The position numbers and the translations under genes were made by a program. Below are positions 1 to 12,829 of a stretch of DNA of 64,000 bases, piece by piece (the first letter of the stretch is position 1; every line of letters begins with the position of its first letter). The notes beneath the pieces were generated by a model that ran no database searches, was not told the DNA's origin, and saw nothing but the letters and a program-made list of their open reading frames with translations. Source of the DNA: Anthoceros angustus (Eukaryota > Plantae > Anthocerotophyta); contig MU008178.1 in NCBI GenBank assembly GCA_010909165.1, positions 74,369 to 138,368 on the forward strand, given 5' to 3'.

Positions 1-999
1 ACTCGGATAGCGTCGAGATGGCTGCCCGCCCGTGTGGTATGTGCAAGTCCATGTCGGCAATAAGCTGGATTGATTTGTCTTTGTGGGCGGTAGATTTGAT
101 GCAGTTCCTATCTTCGGTATGCGAGCAAAGCAAGCGGCAAATGAAACACGCAGCGGGCGGCGCATCGAGGACGAGAAATCCGCCATCGCGGTGCGTGGTT
201 GGTGGAGAAGTGCTTGTGGGCGATAGCAACTTGCGAGCGCTTGGTTGCTAGTGCGTCGAGGGCGGGTGATGGTCGATCACGAGCGAGAGGAAGGAGATCG
301 GCCTTGACGGTAGCCCACACACGCGTCATTCCATATTTACGGCGTTTACGGTGTCCTTGATAAGTTTAGCAAGTTGTGGAATGAACCTCGAAAACAATGG
401 CATATGTCTTTAGCCGCATGTTCGTATCTGACGAAGTCTAGATTGGAAAAAGCGCACAAAGGCGTTTGAAGAAGCGTAATGCGCATGTGTCGCATTTGGT
501 GGTAAATGTGATGAGGTATATATTAATGTATGAGGTGTATACTTATAACTATGCCATGGTTAGATATCTATGAATTTGTACCTATACATAAAGAGGTTGT
601 ATTCATTATATATATATATATATACGTGTTTCAGTCATATATATAGGATTATACAGAACAAGTCGGCCTGCCAACCGTATATATAGATAGACATATAAAT
701 AATGTAGAATCCTACTATACATAATTAGGTAATAACAAGGGTTTCAGCTGTGTATATGGGGCTTGAAAACAAAACCAGGTGTGGACACAAGGGTGCATTG
801 AAGAGGGAAGGTAGATTAATCATAAATGCATGGCTATGCAAAGGAGGTAAGATGGAAGAATGATACCCACGAGAGATTCTTGGTAAGCGCTATGTCGAAA
901 AGCAAGATGGGAAGAATAAAATACCGGTGGGAGAGGGGAGCTCATTGTCACAATCATATTGCAACACAAAGAGGGAAACAATAAAGAAATGGGTGTAAG

Positions 1000-1372
1000 G
1001 TCAGGAGACCACTTGCATGTTGTTAAGATGGTGAGAGAAGGTGGAGGAGAAAATCACAAACTTAACACCAAGCTAGCTAACTTTTTGGGTGTTCCACATG
1101 GAAAGTGTTACATGAAATTGTAACAAAGGACTATAACATAAGCAAGTGTTCATTGTATATGTTTGAAATCATAAACAATGCTAGCTGGAGGGAGGTTGTA
1201 CTTAGGAGGGTGAGGTGATGAGAGAGAGAGCCAGGTTCATGTTAAGATGGTGATAGCATGAGGAGGGAATAGTGTCAATCTTAATACCAAGCCTAAATAG
1301 CATGTTGCAATTTGGAAGTGTAACATGAAATTGCAATAACGACTGTAACATAGGCTGTCTTTTCTAGTAGGG
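1000..1372. mobile_element. Right terminus of a CACTA/EnSpm-like DNA transposon (TIR 1344-1372, terminus CCCTA) with subterminal TGTAACA/TGTTGCAA repeats
   Basis: Reverse complement of 1344-1372 is CCCTACTAGAAAAGACAGCCTATGTTACA, matching 8684-8712 at 27/29. Short TGTAACA-type motifs cluster inside it. The CACTA assignment is inferred from the CCCTA/CACTA-like terminus plus subterminal repeats. Confidence 0.55.
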
Positions 1373-1975
1373 TGTGTACCTGCTGCAAGACGGAGAAGAT
1401 TATGTTATACTTGCACTTTATGTAGAATATTGCATATTACTTGGTACTAATCTTAAGAAGATTGAGCGTGTTAAAGGCTTACTGTCAGGACGATTTGAGA
1501 TGGTGGATGTCGGTGAGCTGTCATACTGCTTGGGAACACAGCTCCATCGAATCCTTGCCACAGGCACATTAGTTATCCATCAGCAGAAGTATATACTCGA
1601 CATGCTCTTCAAGTAAAAGTCGATCAAGCCGACTCTTACCCACTTGAGTCGGTTGCAAACTTAGCAAGAGTCGGTCCCCTCAAGCGGCGATGAGAGTGAG
1701 ATGGCAGAGTTCCCTATGCTCAGGAAGTAGGTTCTCTTATCTTCTGTTCAAATCATAGCCGTCCAGATGTAGCACTTGCAGTGAGTATGGTGTCCCAGTT
1801 TCTGAAAGAGCCAGGTAGAACACATTGGTCAGCTAGCAAAAGAATACTTAGATACCTAAAAGGGACAAGCACACATGGTGTGCACTATACAAAGAGAGCA
1901 AGTGAGAATGAACCTCTTACCTTGATAGGATCTTGTGATCTTGCATGCCGGATGTTGACACGAAAATCTTGAAGC
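1373..1975 (+). pseudogene. Ty1/copia reverse transcriptase C-terminal fragment
   Basis: ORFs 1374-1616 (LALYVEYCILLG...RFEMVDVGELSYCLG...HQQKYI) and 1781-1972 (VSQFLKEPGRTHWSASKRILRYLKGT...GSCD) match copia RT motifs; frameshifted. Confidence 0.85.
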
Positions 1976-2222
1976 GATGTATCCTTATCTTCCTGAGGCT
2001 CGATTCGACTCACCCATGCGAAAAGAGGCTATCTGGTTGGAACTCGTGTGTCATCGTGACTGGAATGCCAATCTATACTACGATATGGACGTTCAACCCC
2101 ACTCGCCGGAGGCGATGTACTCGGTGAGCAGCGAGGAAGTTGCACTTCAAGTCTGAGTGCGAGGGCTCGAATATAACAGGCTCATCCTCATACAGACCAA
2201 GGTCATCTTTAAACAAATGATC

Positions 2223-2413
2223 TTTAGAAGCTAGCAGCTTGGGAAAAGAATTGAATTATTGCTATCGTGAAAACTCCTTATGTACAAGTTTGATCGAAAC
2301 GTCTCAACTATCGTAACTGTCTACCTCAACCAGAAACTACTTATGTTGCCCTAAGTTGAACGTGCCTAAACTCATTACTTCTCAGTTAGTCGGTAGCATC
2401 AGTAGTAACAACA
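2223..2413 (-). repeat. 3' LTR of copia element 1
   Basis: Near-identical to 7437-7641 apart from small indels; flanked internally by the purine tract CGAGGAGGAG (minus strand). Confidence 0.9.
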
Positions 2414-5400
2414 CTCCTCCTCGCCGCGGACAAGGAGTGTGTAAGAGAAAACCTCAGTCTCCAGAAGATGGCATCCTTGGCGCATGCTTGCATACAATTC
2501 TTGCTATGCGTTCTCTCCGACTGTGGTGAGCTCACTCATGAGTTGCATCATCCAGCTCGTAAGTGAAAGAGTGGAGAGTCTCGAGCGGGTTAAAGCTGCA
2601 AGGCCGAAGTTGCCGAGGAGGCAGCACGGAGCTGGCGCTATGCCTAACCACGCGCAGGAGGGAAATGCAAGTATCAGTATGGAAAGATTCAAAATTGCCA
2701 CCTCGCAACCTCTACCGGACGACTGATGATGGCGCAATCGATGGTGCCCTTCACGGTGGAGCTCCCCTTGCCTCTGACTGCTGGGCAGTCCCGAGATAAG
2801 TCTCCCTCTTGAGCAGACCAATCCCTTGTGTGTGCTCGAGGTGAAGCTGCTTCGAGAGTCCCTTTGTCAGAAGGTCGGCTGTGTTCTCTGTTGTGCTCAC
2901 ATACTTAAGCTTTGCGTGCCCACCACCACAGATGAAGTGGTCTTTGGATTTTGACGTGCTTCGTCCTGCATGCAGGACGGGGTTCAATGTCATGGCGATG
3001 GCGGCCGGTTGTTGCACCTGCGATTACATCGGTGTTCACGATCTTCGTATATGTGCGAGGCAAGGCGGATCGGAGTATCTCCTTTGCGGCCGAGGATGTG
3101 GCTGCGTACTCACTCTCTGATAGCGAGGCACCGTTTGCATCTTCTTGCATGCCTAGGAAACAGCGCTTGCGTTTATGATCATCTGATATGCATCGACTTG
3201 CAGTGTCTGGGTGCTTTGCCCGATTCGGCATCGAGAAGGTCGATAAGCACTTTTGGGTATTGTGATCACCTCTATATGCTATGCCGAGTGACTTTGTTCC
3301 CTTGAGGTAGCGCAGGATCCTCTACACACAAGTCCAGTGTGCCATGCCTGGATTTGACAGGTACCTCGATGCTACGTTCACAGCTTGGGCGATGTCAGGT
3401 CTTGTCCATATGGACAGGTAGAGTAAGCTCCCTACTGCCTCACTGTAGGGCACGTTTTCCATTTCTCTTGCCTGCTCGGGTGTTGTTGGGCTGTCTAACG
3501 CCGATACTTTTTCTCCCGTGGCCATGGGAGTCGGTACAGGTTTTGCATCTTTCAAGTTGAACCTGGTGAGGAGCTGCTCCACGTAGTGCTCCTGATGTAT
3601 GAAGAAGGAGAGTTCGCCTATGCTCCTTTCAAACTGGACTCCTAGGGCGTACCTAAGGGTGCCCATGTCGGCCACCTCGTATTCTTTGGTGAGCAAGTCC
3701 TTGACATGCTGGATCAGCTATGGGTCAGTACCGAAGATGAAATTATCGTCCACATACAAAGTGACGATGACGTACTTATCTGAGTGGGTCCTCGGCATGT
3801 AAACACTTGAGTGTGTGAAGCGAAACCACTTCTTGAGGTACAAATCAATTGTCTCATTCCAAACCTGTGCTGATTGTTTGAGACCATAAAGTGATTTGAG
3901 CAGCTTGCAAACCTTTCGGTGGTCCTTGACGAATCCGGGTGGCTGCAGCATATATATCTCTTCATGCAAAGTTCCGTATAGGAAAGCTGTTTTAACGTCG
4001 ACCTGATGGATGTCGAGTTTGTGCTGTGCAGCAAAAGCTAATAGGATTCTGATGGATGTTGCCTTCACCACTGGACTGAAGAGCTTACTCTCTTCATAGT
4101 CGAAGCCTGGGATTTGCGTAAACCCGCGGGCTACCAATCTTGCTTTGTATCGTGAGACACTTCCATCGGGATTTAGCTTTCTTTGAAAAGTCCATTTGCA
4201 AGAGATGGGCTTTCTGCCATGCGACAGGTCGGTAAGAACCAGGTTTTATTTGAGATAAGTGAATCGTACTCTGATTGGACTGCTGCCTTCCATTCTGGTG
4301 TGCTGAGGGCTTCCTCGATTGTTGGGGGAACTCCTTGCATCTCGATTGCTGAGTATGCCTGGTGCATGATGAGGTGCAGTTGATCCACGTGTGTCTGCAT
4401 ATCTGTAGGTGTGAGTTCTGCTGAAGAAGGAGTCCTGCTGATCAATGTGTCTCCAGGTGTATAGGGCGGATCCTTCCATTCGTCTCTTGGTGGCCTATGC
4501 CTTGATGATCGTGCAGGGATCATAGGCATCTAGGGAAGAGGTGCTACGGAGCTTGAGAGGCTATGGTTGGTGAGATTTACCTCTGGTTCTTGATGGCTTA
4601 TTCTTTGATTCTTCTTTGGGGTCTTGTTCTTGAGTCGGTTGTTGGGTGTGTCTGGTTTAGGCGGTGCTCGGGAGTTGTTGAAACCTCGTGGTTGAGAAGC
4701 CTCTTGATCTTGGAAGAAGGATGAGGGAGTGTCATCATATGTGCCCCCCTCAAGGTCAAGCGGGGAATAACCAGTCATCCCAGCAGTGGGAAGTGGAGTG
4801 AAGGTAGTAATGCTCTGGAGGTAAGTATGAAGAATATGAGGTTCGTTAAAGTGAACGCTGCGAGATAGAGTTACCTCTCGGGTTGATGGGTCGAAGAGCT
4901 TGTAGGCTTTGACCTGATCTGAGTACCCTATGAAGAGGAGCTTTTTGCCCTTGTCATCCCACTTTTTTCTGGTGTCATCCGAGATGTGGGCAAAGGCTGG
5001 GCTGCCGAAGATTCGAAGGTGGGAGATGCGGGGCTTGTGACCTGTCCAACGCTCAAAAGGTGTGGTGTTTGGTAGTTCCTTGGTGGGCAAACGATTTTTC
5101 GGGGTAAATGGCATGGATGACGCCCGATAACAGGATAGGCACGAGTTTAAGGAGGGATCGGGAGATTTCGGTATGGACCTATTGAGTCTTTTACGCAAAT
5201 GGGTTACATTGGGGTGTGTAGAGTGCGGTATATTGGCGTTGAATGCCGTGGGATCTGAAGTCTTTGGAAGTCTTGGGTGATGTATTCCCCGTTGTATCGA
5301 TCTGGAGGGTGGGCCCCGGAAATCTTGTGTGGCCGACGTTACTGCTAAGGCAGACTCTTGGAAGCCGGTGAGAGCCTCACTTTTGTGTTTAAGGAAGATA

Positions 5401-7423
5401 TGGTGATCTGAGCTCCACTCGTCGAGAAAAGTGATGAAATACTGGTGGCCTCCGAAAGAAGTGGTACTCATGGGCCGCAGATTTCTGAATGGACGACTTC
5501 TAAGAGCTTGCGGGCACGAGTGGGAGTGGTGTTGGTGAAAGGAAGTTGGTTGAGCTTTGTGTACTAACATCTCACAAAAGAAGTCTGGAGAAACCTTGAG
5601 TTTGACGGGATCTCTGTACATGTCAGGGTTTACAAGCAGTTCAAGTATCGGGGTTCCTCTCTGATTGCGGAGGAGTGACTCTTTGTATGAGCTGTGGGAT
5701 GTTCCATCGGCGAGGAGTGAGAAGGATTGTATGTTTAGGAGGTATAGGTCATTGTATGGGAGGCCATGGGCTAGAGGCGTACTCTAGGGATCACTTTGGA
5801 GTGGTAGATAGTGCAGTGGTTACCTTGAAAGGTAATTACCGGTGTGTTCGTGGCGACTTCCTTCGGAGCAAATTCTTCGTCATTGTGGGGACGTGGAGCA
5901 CGTCGTTGATGGTGAGTGATTCGCCGTTGGATAGTTGAAATTTGGGCGTCCCGGTGCCTTCGGTAGAAAAGTCTTTGTCATCTCCTAACAACACATGCTG
6001 ATCGGAGAGCACGTTATGGTAAGTGCTGAACATATCCTTACAGCTGCAAATATGTGTGGTGGCTCCAGGGTGGAGGAACCATCTGGACCTATCCGTCCTT
6101 GTGAGGTGAGGCACCACGGCCGAATAGAGTTTCTTGGAAGTGGTCTTGGTGGTGAGATGGGACTCGTTTACGGGTATGTCTCTTCTTGGCTCTCCGTTTG
6201 TTTCTTCACACTCATATGAAGTGGCACGGTATTTTACACGATTGCGGGCGCCCTTTGTGGTGAACCTTATAAGCGGTGTTGGGGCTAAAGTTGCCTTGTC
6301 TGCACCGGATGGCCTGCGAGTTGAAAGATTGTTTGAAACCTCCTCTTCGAGCTCCACGGCCTCTTGATGTAAAGAGTGCGTGGTTAGGCCGGTTGAGGGC
6401 CTATGGGTTGTTGGTGGCTTCTTCTTGAGTGCTCAGGAACCTGACGTGTATGCGGTATAGATCTGATTGGCGCACTTTGAGCTGACGAAGGGGTTTCTGC
6501 TGAGCTCACAAGCGTTGTGATCACGGGGAGGGACGTTAGTAGCGCTCACATGGTACTCGTTTAGTGTGAATGCCGTTTGGATGAGTTTGCTCTCGGATCA
6601 CGAAATTGTGCACGCGTCTTTGCTCAAGCTGTTTCATTTTCGGTGGAATTGCCGTGTGGCATTTACGATTGACATGGAGCTTTGTGCTGCGAACATGTCT
6701 TTGAACACCTTCCAGATCTCATGGGCGGTCTTCTGGCCTTGAGTGTGCTGGAGCATGTTCTTGTCTAGTGCTGAGAATAGGATGCTGATTGCTCTTTTGT
6801 CTTTCTTTACCCAGGCCGCGATTTGGTCGGCTGAGGCGCCTCCGGCAGTCGTGGGTTTGGTAACTGTACCTTCGACGATCCCCATGAGATCGTGCTCCTC
6901 CAACAGTGCCGTGATTCGCATCTGCCAGGTATCGTAGTTGTTGCCGGTGAACCGGTCTCGGTCCCTGAACTCTACCTTCGTCGTGTTGACGATTGATGTG
7001 CTGACGACTGGATTGGTTGCCATAAATCTTGCTTTTCGTCTCTGAGGATTGTGTTTCTGCAGAGGGTCGAAAACAAGCATGTGCGGCGTGCGGGTTGCTA
7101 GCGACGGCTCGCGAACAAGTCGCGCATGATGGCGGTTATGATCTCCATCTGGGACTCGAGTCGGATGATTTGGACTCGAAGGTGGTCATCGAGGAAGAGT
7201 TCGAAATGGGGTCTGAAGAATTCACCGGATCTAGAGTGCCTTGCGATCATTGCGGTCCGATTCTTTGGTAGTGGTACGGCGCCCGTGATCTTGTGGGGAG
7301 GCTGGTGTGCGTCTTCGAGGCATCTTGCTAGATCAGGATCGGGTGCTCGGGTTGCCCTGTGCTGTGCTTCACGCCATGGAGCCTGGCTGAAAGCGACCCC
7401 AGAACTGAGGTGCCAAGCGGGCG

Positions 7424-7436
7424 GCTACTGATACCA
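7424..7436 (-). promoter_or_regulatory. Primer-binding site (tRNA-iMet type)
   Basis: TGGTATCAGTAGC directly after the 5' LTR; canonical is TGGTATCAGAGC. Confidence 0.85.
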
Positions 7437-7641
7437 TTTAGAAGCTAGCAGCTTGGGAAAAGAATTGAATTATTGCTATCGTGAAAACTCCTTATGTACA
7501 AGTTTGATCAGCGGTTGAACCGTCTCAACTATCGTAACAGTCTACTTACAACCGTAGAAACTACTTATGTTGCCCTAAGTTGAACCGTGCCCTAAACTCA
7601 TTACTTCTCCGTTCCGTCGGCGCATCAAGGTAGTAACAACA
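7437..7641 (-). repeat. 5' LTR of copia element 1
   Basis: Starts TGTTGTTACTA and ends CTTCTAAA on the minus strand, immediately followed by the PBS. Confidence 0.9.
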
Positions 7642-7646
7642 TGATC

Positions 7647-8683
7647 TACACCCTCGACTTCAGGATCTTACTCTAGATCAGGTTGTTCAGGAACAGACTC
7701 TGTATCAAAAATATCTGGATCTAGCAGAGGATCAGGTTGTTGTGGGACATCATCATCATCACCGTCAGGCTCTGGATCAGGGGACTCAGTGCCATCCTCT
7801 GCATCAACAACTGGTAAGACATCGACATAAGATGGATCTGACACAGGAAACTCGGCTTGTCGGCACATAACATTTATCGCATGATCTTCTCAAGATCTCA
7901 TTACGAGGACACCTTCCAAGCCAGGATCTGAAGTTTGTAAGACTATTCTCTCATCAAACACGATAGTACGGGCATACACCACTCTACGTGACTCAGGTTC
8001 GAACAACTTATAACCATGAATGCCTGGAGTGTACCCAATAAAGATATGTCGTTTCGATTTATAGTCGAACTTAGCATGCCAAACATGTGCATATACATAA
8101 TCTTGCAGAAACACGAAGATGTGAGATATAAAACACAGTATCTAGGCTTCAAATGGTATTCCACCAGGAAGAGAAGAAACAACAATCATGTTTTGAAGAT
8201 AAGTTGCAACCTGCACTGCTTCTGCCCAAAATTTGATTGACAACCTCCCTTGGAACATTGTGATCCGTGGTATCCCCTGTATTGTTTGATGTCTCCTCTC
8301 TGTCTAACCATTCATATCAGGGTGATATGGGATGGTCGGTGACAGTAATGCTGCAGCTGGCAGAACTCTGAAATGCTTGTGACAACTCCTTGCCGTTATC
8401 CAGGCAGATGCATTTCAACATATCCACATACGTGTCTCAACATAGGCAAGATACTTCTTGAAATTGTCAAACACTTGGTTCTTATAGCTATGCAGATCGA
8501 TTCTGTGAAGTGAAGCGTTCATCTTCAAATACTACAAAGTAATGTGCACCTCCCCGTGAGGGAAGTGGACATTGGTCCACATATGTCAGTGTGCACGAGA
8601 ACAAGAGTATCGTCGTGGTCTCCCAACTGCCGAAGTGAGATTTGAATTGTTTCCCATGGACACATGCCACACACAGCTTCAAG
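7647..8683 (-). pseudogene. Older Ty1/copia integrase fragment (host of element 1)
   Basis: KLCVACVHGKQ (pre-integrase), SRGGAHYFVVFED (rve) and KSKRHIFIGYTPGIHGYKLFEP...RTIVFDE; frameshifted. It continues leftward past the TSD at 2217. Confidence 0.85.
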
Positions 8684-8990
8684 CCCTACTAAAAAAGGCA
8701 GCCTATGTTACACTTTATGTTAAGATTTGGACCCCTGGATGTAACACTTATGTTACAATTTTGGGGTCATGTAACACTTTTTGGGCCGCTTGTTACACTT
8801 TGGCTTGGAAACCAACCCGGAGTGTTTGTTGCAACCATGTTGCAAGGGTGTTGCAATTATGTTGAGATGAAGTGAGATGCGCTTTTGTCCTCTCTCAAGA
8901 TTGCAACACAATTGCACCATATAAAGTGTTACAAGAAAAGTCTTGTAACACTTTTGGAGGCTTGGAACCGAACCTCCTCCCCATCTACCT
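8684..8990. mobile_element. Left terminus of a CACTA/EnSpm-like element (TIR 8684-8712) with subterminal repeats
   Basis: CCCTACTAAAAAAGGCAGCCTATGTTACA followed by repeated TGTAACAC/GTGTTACA/TGTTGCAA motifs. It truncates the old copia. No matching right end was found downstream. Confidence 0.55.
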
Positions 8991-11289
8991 TCCTCCTTTA
9001 CTACATTTACCATATAGAATACTTGGTTTCCTTATTACCTCGTATGAATACATATAAATAAATACATGTGCATATGTCTGAGTCTTAGTAATCTTGGTAT
9101 GTATATAATATCACGATAATTTCTGTGATATACGATATATTTCATTTTGTATAAAATACCCATATCGTCCTGCGATAGCATTACATAATTTGTACACGTC
9201 CAAGATACTTTGTATTCATCATTCACTGCGGATACATACATCCCACATTTCACCCATGACCTATTTTTGTCTGTCCGTGTCGCGCAACCTACCTTCTCTA
9301 GCGGGCGTTCTGCTGCCCGTCCCCATGCCCATCTTCTTGCCATGGCTGCCGCTCCGCATTTCTTATGATTGTCCTTACTAGTTTGTCTTCGCCTGATTTT
9401 GCTATCTTGGCGTGGTTCTTTGCTCATACATGGCCCTCATTTCCTACTCCTCATCGTAAGCATGAGAGGAAACCTCCTACACCCCTTTTTGCGATTTTCT
9501 TCCTCCCCTTCCTCTTGCGTTAAATCCGCTTTGCCCTTTCCATCATCCATCTCCCTTCCGACCCTCTTACACGCACCACGGCACATACGCCGCAGCATGC
9601 CCTTGATACATGTCCGGCATATAGGAGGTGTACTGACGACCTTCATTGCTTACCTTCCCCGCACTGCATCCGGTTTTCTTATGTACCTCTTGCTCAGCAT
9701 CTGCTCCTTCCGTCCTCGTTCTTTCTGGCGCGTGGCCGCCTGTCACCACGGCCCCTCGATGCCTCCACTGCACCTCCCCCCGCTTTCCTCTTTCGGCCTC
9801 CACCCTTTGTCACAGGTGGCGTAGCCTCCAATGGGGCCCCTGTGGAGGTCCATGCTTTCAGCGTCGAGTGCGGTGTGTATGCACGAAGTTAGGCACGCCC
9901 TCAATTTCGTCCGCTGCCTCATCATCTTTTTTCTTGTCATCGCATGTACCCATTGCCCCCTTTTGCCTCTTTCTCCCTCCCCTGGACAATTCCTCATGGC
10001 GCCACGCGCCTTTTGGCCCCACCACGACCACCTTCCGCGGACCCGGTCCTCTCCTCGATCCGCACCGATCCTCCCACTCCCACCCGTTTTGTTGCAGCCA
10101 CGCTGACCCTTGCATGTTCCTTGGTGACACAATTGCCTCCGCTCTGAGAACTGCATCCGCCCTCCAATTCCATCCCCGTTCCTGGTCACTCCATCGACCC
10201 CAACTCCGTCCACAATGTGCATTTCTGCACGTCACTAGGCGATGGGGCACCCTCCCAACACACGCCCTTTACCAGCCTGCTGCCCGCTTGACACACCCCT
10301 CCTTTCGTTAACCGGCCTAGCCACTACAGCTGATACCAAGTCCCTGCCCTTCCTACGGCCATGGAACTTGACGGTGACGGGCACCCCCCAATTCCGAGTC
10401 CGTTACGTGGCCGCTGCCCTCTCCCTATACATCTGCTCACACTGTCTTCATTCACACTATCACCAGGCATGCATGGTCCATCACCATCGGGTGATCGTGG
10501 TGTCGTCGGCACCACGATGTCATTGCTTGATAGCCTCCACTGCTTTCCCCACCACCATCCCACCTTCATGGTTCACCAAGCCTCCCTTCCATTCAGTTAG
10601 GATGTCTCTCGATCTCCCCAAAGCAATCTACTCCCTCTCCTCCTAGTTATCCCTCCACATCCACACCACCACCTCGTCCACCGGCGGTGGCGGCTCCCTG
10701 TCTTCCATCCTTCTCGGAACGCCACGATCTGGATCCATCTCCAATTCCATGTCATTCAACAAAATAGTCATTTCCCTTGTTCTCCCGGCAATACTTTGAA
10801 CCTCGGGGTGTTTTCATGTATTCCATGTCTTACCAGTAGGAACTCACGAGCCCCTTATCGCGAACCGCCCAGGAGGTTGCATGGAGATCGTCCTCTTGAC
10901 CTCCCATATTCAGCCTCCTCTTGATTTGGGTACCTACCATGCTTACTCTCAAACCAACCACCCATCCAGTAGCGCCCTCCCTTTCCCCAAGGGTTTGGCC
11001 CCATCCACCGTTTTTTGGCCAGCCTCTTTGCAAGTTCATACTTCAAGGCTCAAACTTTCCCGTTCTCTTCAGCTCCATCGCGCCCGCAACATCTTCCCAC
11101 TCTTCCTCGTCCACCATGCTCGGCTTCTTCCCGCTCCTCCCCTCCTGGTCCCTTTCCTCTAGTCTTTGCCTGCGGCTTCCACAACAGTTGCGCGTGCGAG
11201 TCATCTGCAGAAGTGTCGGCTTATCTTGGACTTTACCACCAGTCGGGAAGGCGTCGAACCGATTTCACTAACTGCCTTCTCCCTCTCGG

Positions 11290-12760
11290 GCGTCGCGCCA
11301 TCTTGCCATGTACCCGGTTCATTCCACAACCTTTGTCGCACCAGTTTCCAGTGCCTAGCTTGGTCAGACCCCGAACAACATCGGATTCCCTTCCCACATC
11401 CTTTGTTTTTGCAAGGCCTCCTTCACCATTTCACGCCATGCCTTTTTATCAAGGTCACGAGCATCGTTGTCCACCTCACAAACCACTCCATCGACATCCG
11501 GCGGTGCTGCTGCCCTCCGCTTGTCAATTCACCTCCCCCACCATTGCGTCGCCATTCCTCATCCGGTTCTTGTGCGCGCGGCTGTCACCCCGCCACCGCA
11601 GGTTGCCGGCCCGTCCACGCCTTTCGGTGTCGTCTGCGATCGCCACCACCTCCGTCTGCCATGGGCTGCCTCCATATGTCCTCTGCATGAGCAGGCGGCA
11701 TGCCAAGGTGCACCACAGCGTCCAGCGAAACAAATTGCATCAAGCGTGTCTACGGTTTGCGATGAACACGTTACGCTCAATCTCTCTCGAACCACCCACC
11801 TCATTTGTGACAAAACATCATCATCCGCCCGTTGAGCGGCGCGATTGCTCCAAGTCCGCCTCTTGGGCGGGATGTTCCACGTCTCTATGTCCTCAAATGC
11901 GCGGTGGTGCTTTCGTGGCGCGACTTTCGGCGGCGGCCAGCCGAGCACGCATACAATCCGTGTCGTTGTAGTAAGGTCCGTTCCCAAAGAATGATAAGCT
12001 CGTTGCAGCGTTTTGGAATTCTCACCTTGCTTTGCGACCGCTCAGCTTTAACACGCCGTCGTTTGCGCCTATGCTAATAACTACTCGCGTTCACCAGCAG
12101 GCCGGTGTGGCCAAGCGTTTGAGACGTTTGCGTCCAGTATAGTTCACGCCGTCACTGTCCCTTTAGTCCAGATTCCTCTCAACTCTCTCACAATGAAGTC
12201 CGCAATATATCGCGGATCAACGTCATATCTTGCCATGTACCCCAGTTCATTCACAACCTTTATCACCGCGGTTTCAGCAGTTCTTTGTTTACAACCCGGT
12301 CGACCCTGAACAACATCAGTTCCCTTCCTCCCTATCCTTTGTTTTTGCAAGGCCTCCTTCAGCCATTTCATGCCATACCTTTTTACCAAGGCTCTCACCA
12401 GGGCATCGTTGTCCACCTGACAAACCACTCCATGACATCCGGCGGTGCTACTGCCCTCCCGGCTTGTCAATTCACCTCCCCCACAGCCGAAATTATGCGT
12501 CGTCATTCCTCATCAGATTGCTTGTGCATGCGGTATTTGTCCTTACCCCAACATGGCGCGACTTTCGGCGTGACGGCCGGTAGCGCACAATCCGTGTCGT
12601 TGTAGGAAGTCCGTTCCCAAAGGAATGATAGGCTCCGTTTTGCGTTCGAGCGATTCTTACTTCACTGCGTCCAGATTCGGTCTCACACACATTCATCGAT
12701 TCGCATCTAACTACTACGCATAGCGTTCACCTTACAGGCCGGTGTGGCCAAGCGTTTAAG
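11290..12760. repeat. Diverged tandem duplication, period ~930 bp
   Basis: TCTTGCCATGTACCC..TTCATTC.ACAACCTT at ~11300 and ~12228; GGCCGGTGTGGCCAAGCGTTT at ~12099 and ~12737. Confidence 0.8.
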
Positions 12761-12829
12761 GGACCCGTTCGGCGTCCGTATCGTTCACGTTCGTCACTTG
12801 CACCTCTAGTCGTTCTCTCTCCACTCACT

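Larger units (their letters stand above)
2223..7641 (-). mobile_element. Full-length Ty1/copia LTR retrotransposon (~5.4 kb), TSD TGATC
   Basis: Direct-repeat LTRs at 2223-2413 and 7437-7641. TGATC at 2218-2222 and 7642-7646. PBS at 7424-7436 and PPT at 2414-2428. Domain order gag (RFTGNNYDTWQMRI), protease (WFLHPGATTHIC), integrase (WDDKGKKLLFIGY), RT ([15 protein letters not shown]), RNase H on the minus strand. Confidence 0.93.

Noticed and set aside
1-330. Short ORFs at the window start, possibly a retroelement fragment
   Set aside because: No diagnostic motif; too little context.
2484-2799. Antisense accessory ORF in copia element 1, analogous to element 2
   Set aside because: Only short (about 80 aa) ORFs with no motif or convincing splice pair.
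10327-10339. PBS-like TGGTATCAGC on the minus strand
   Set aside because: No adjacent LTR, partner LTR or recognisable gag could be identified.
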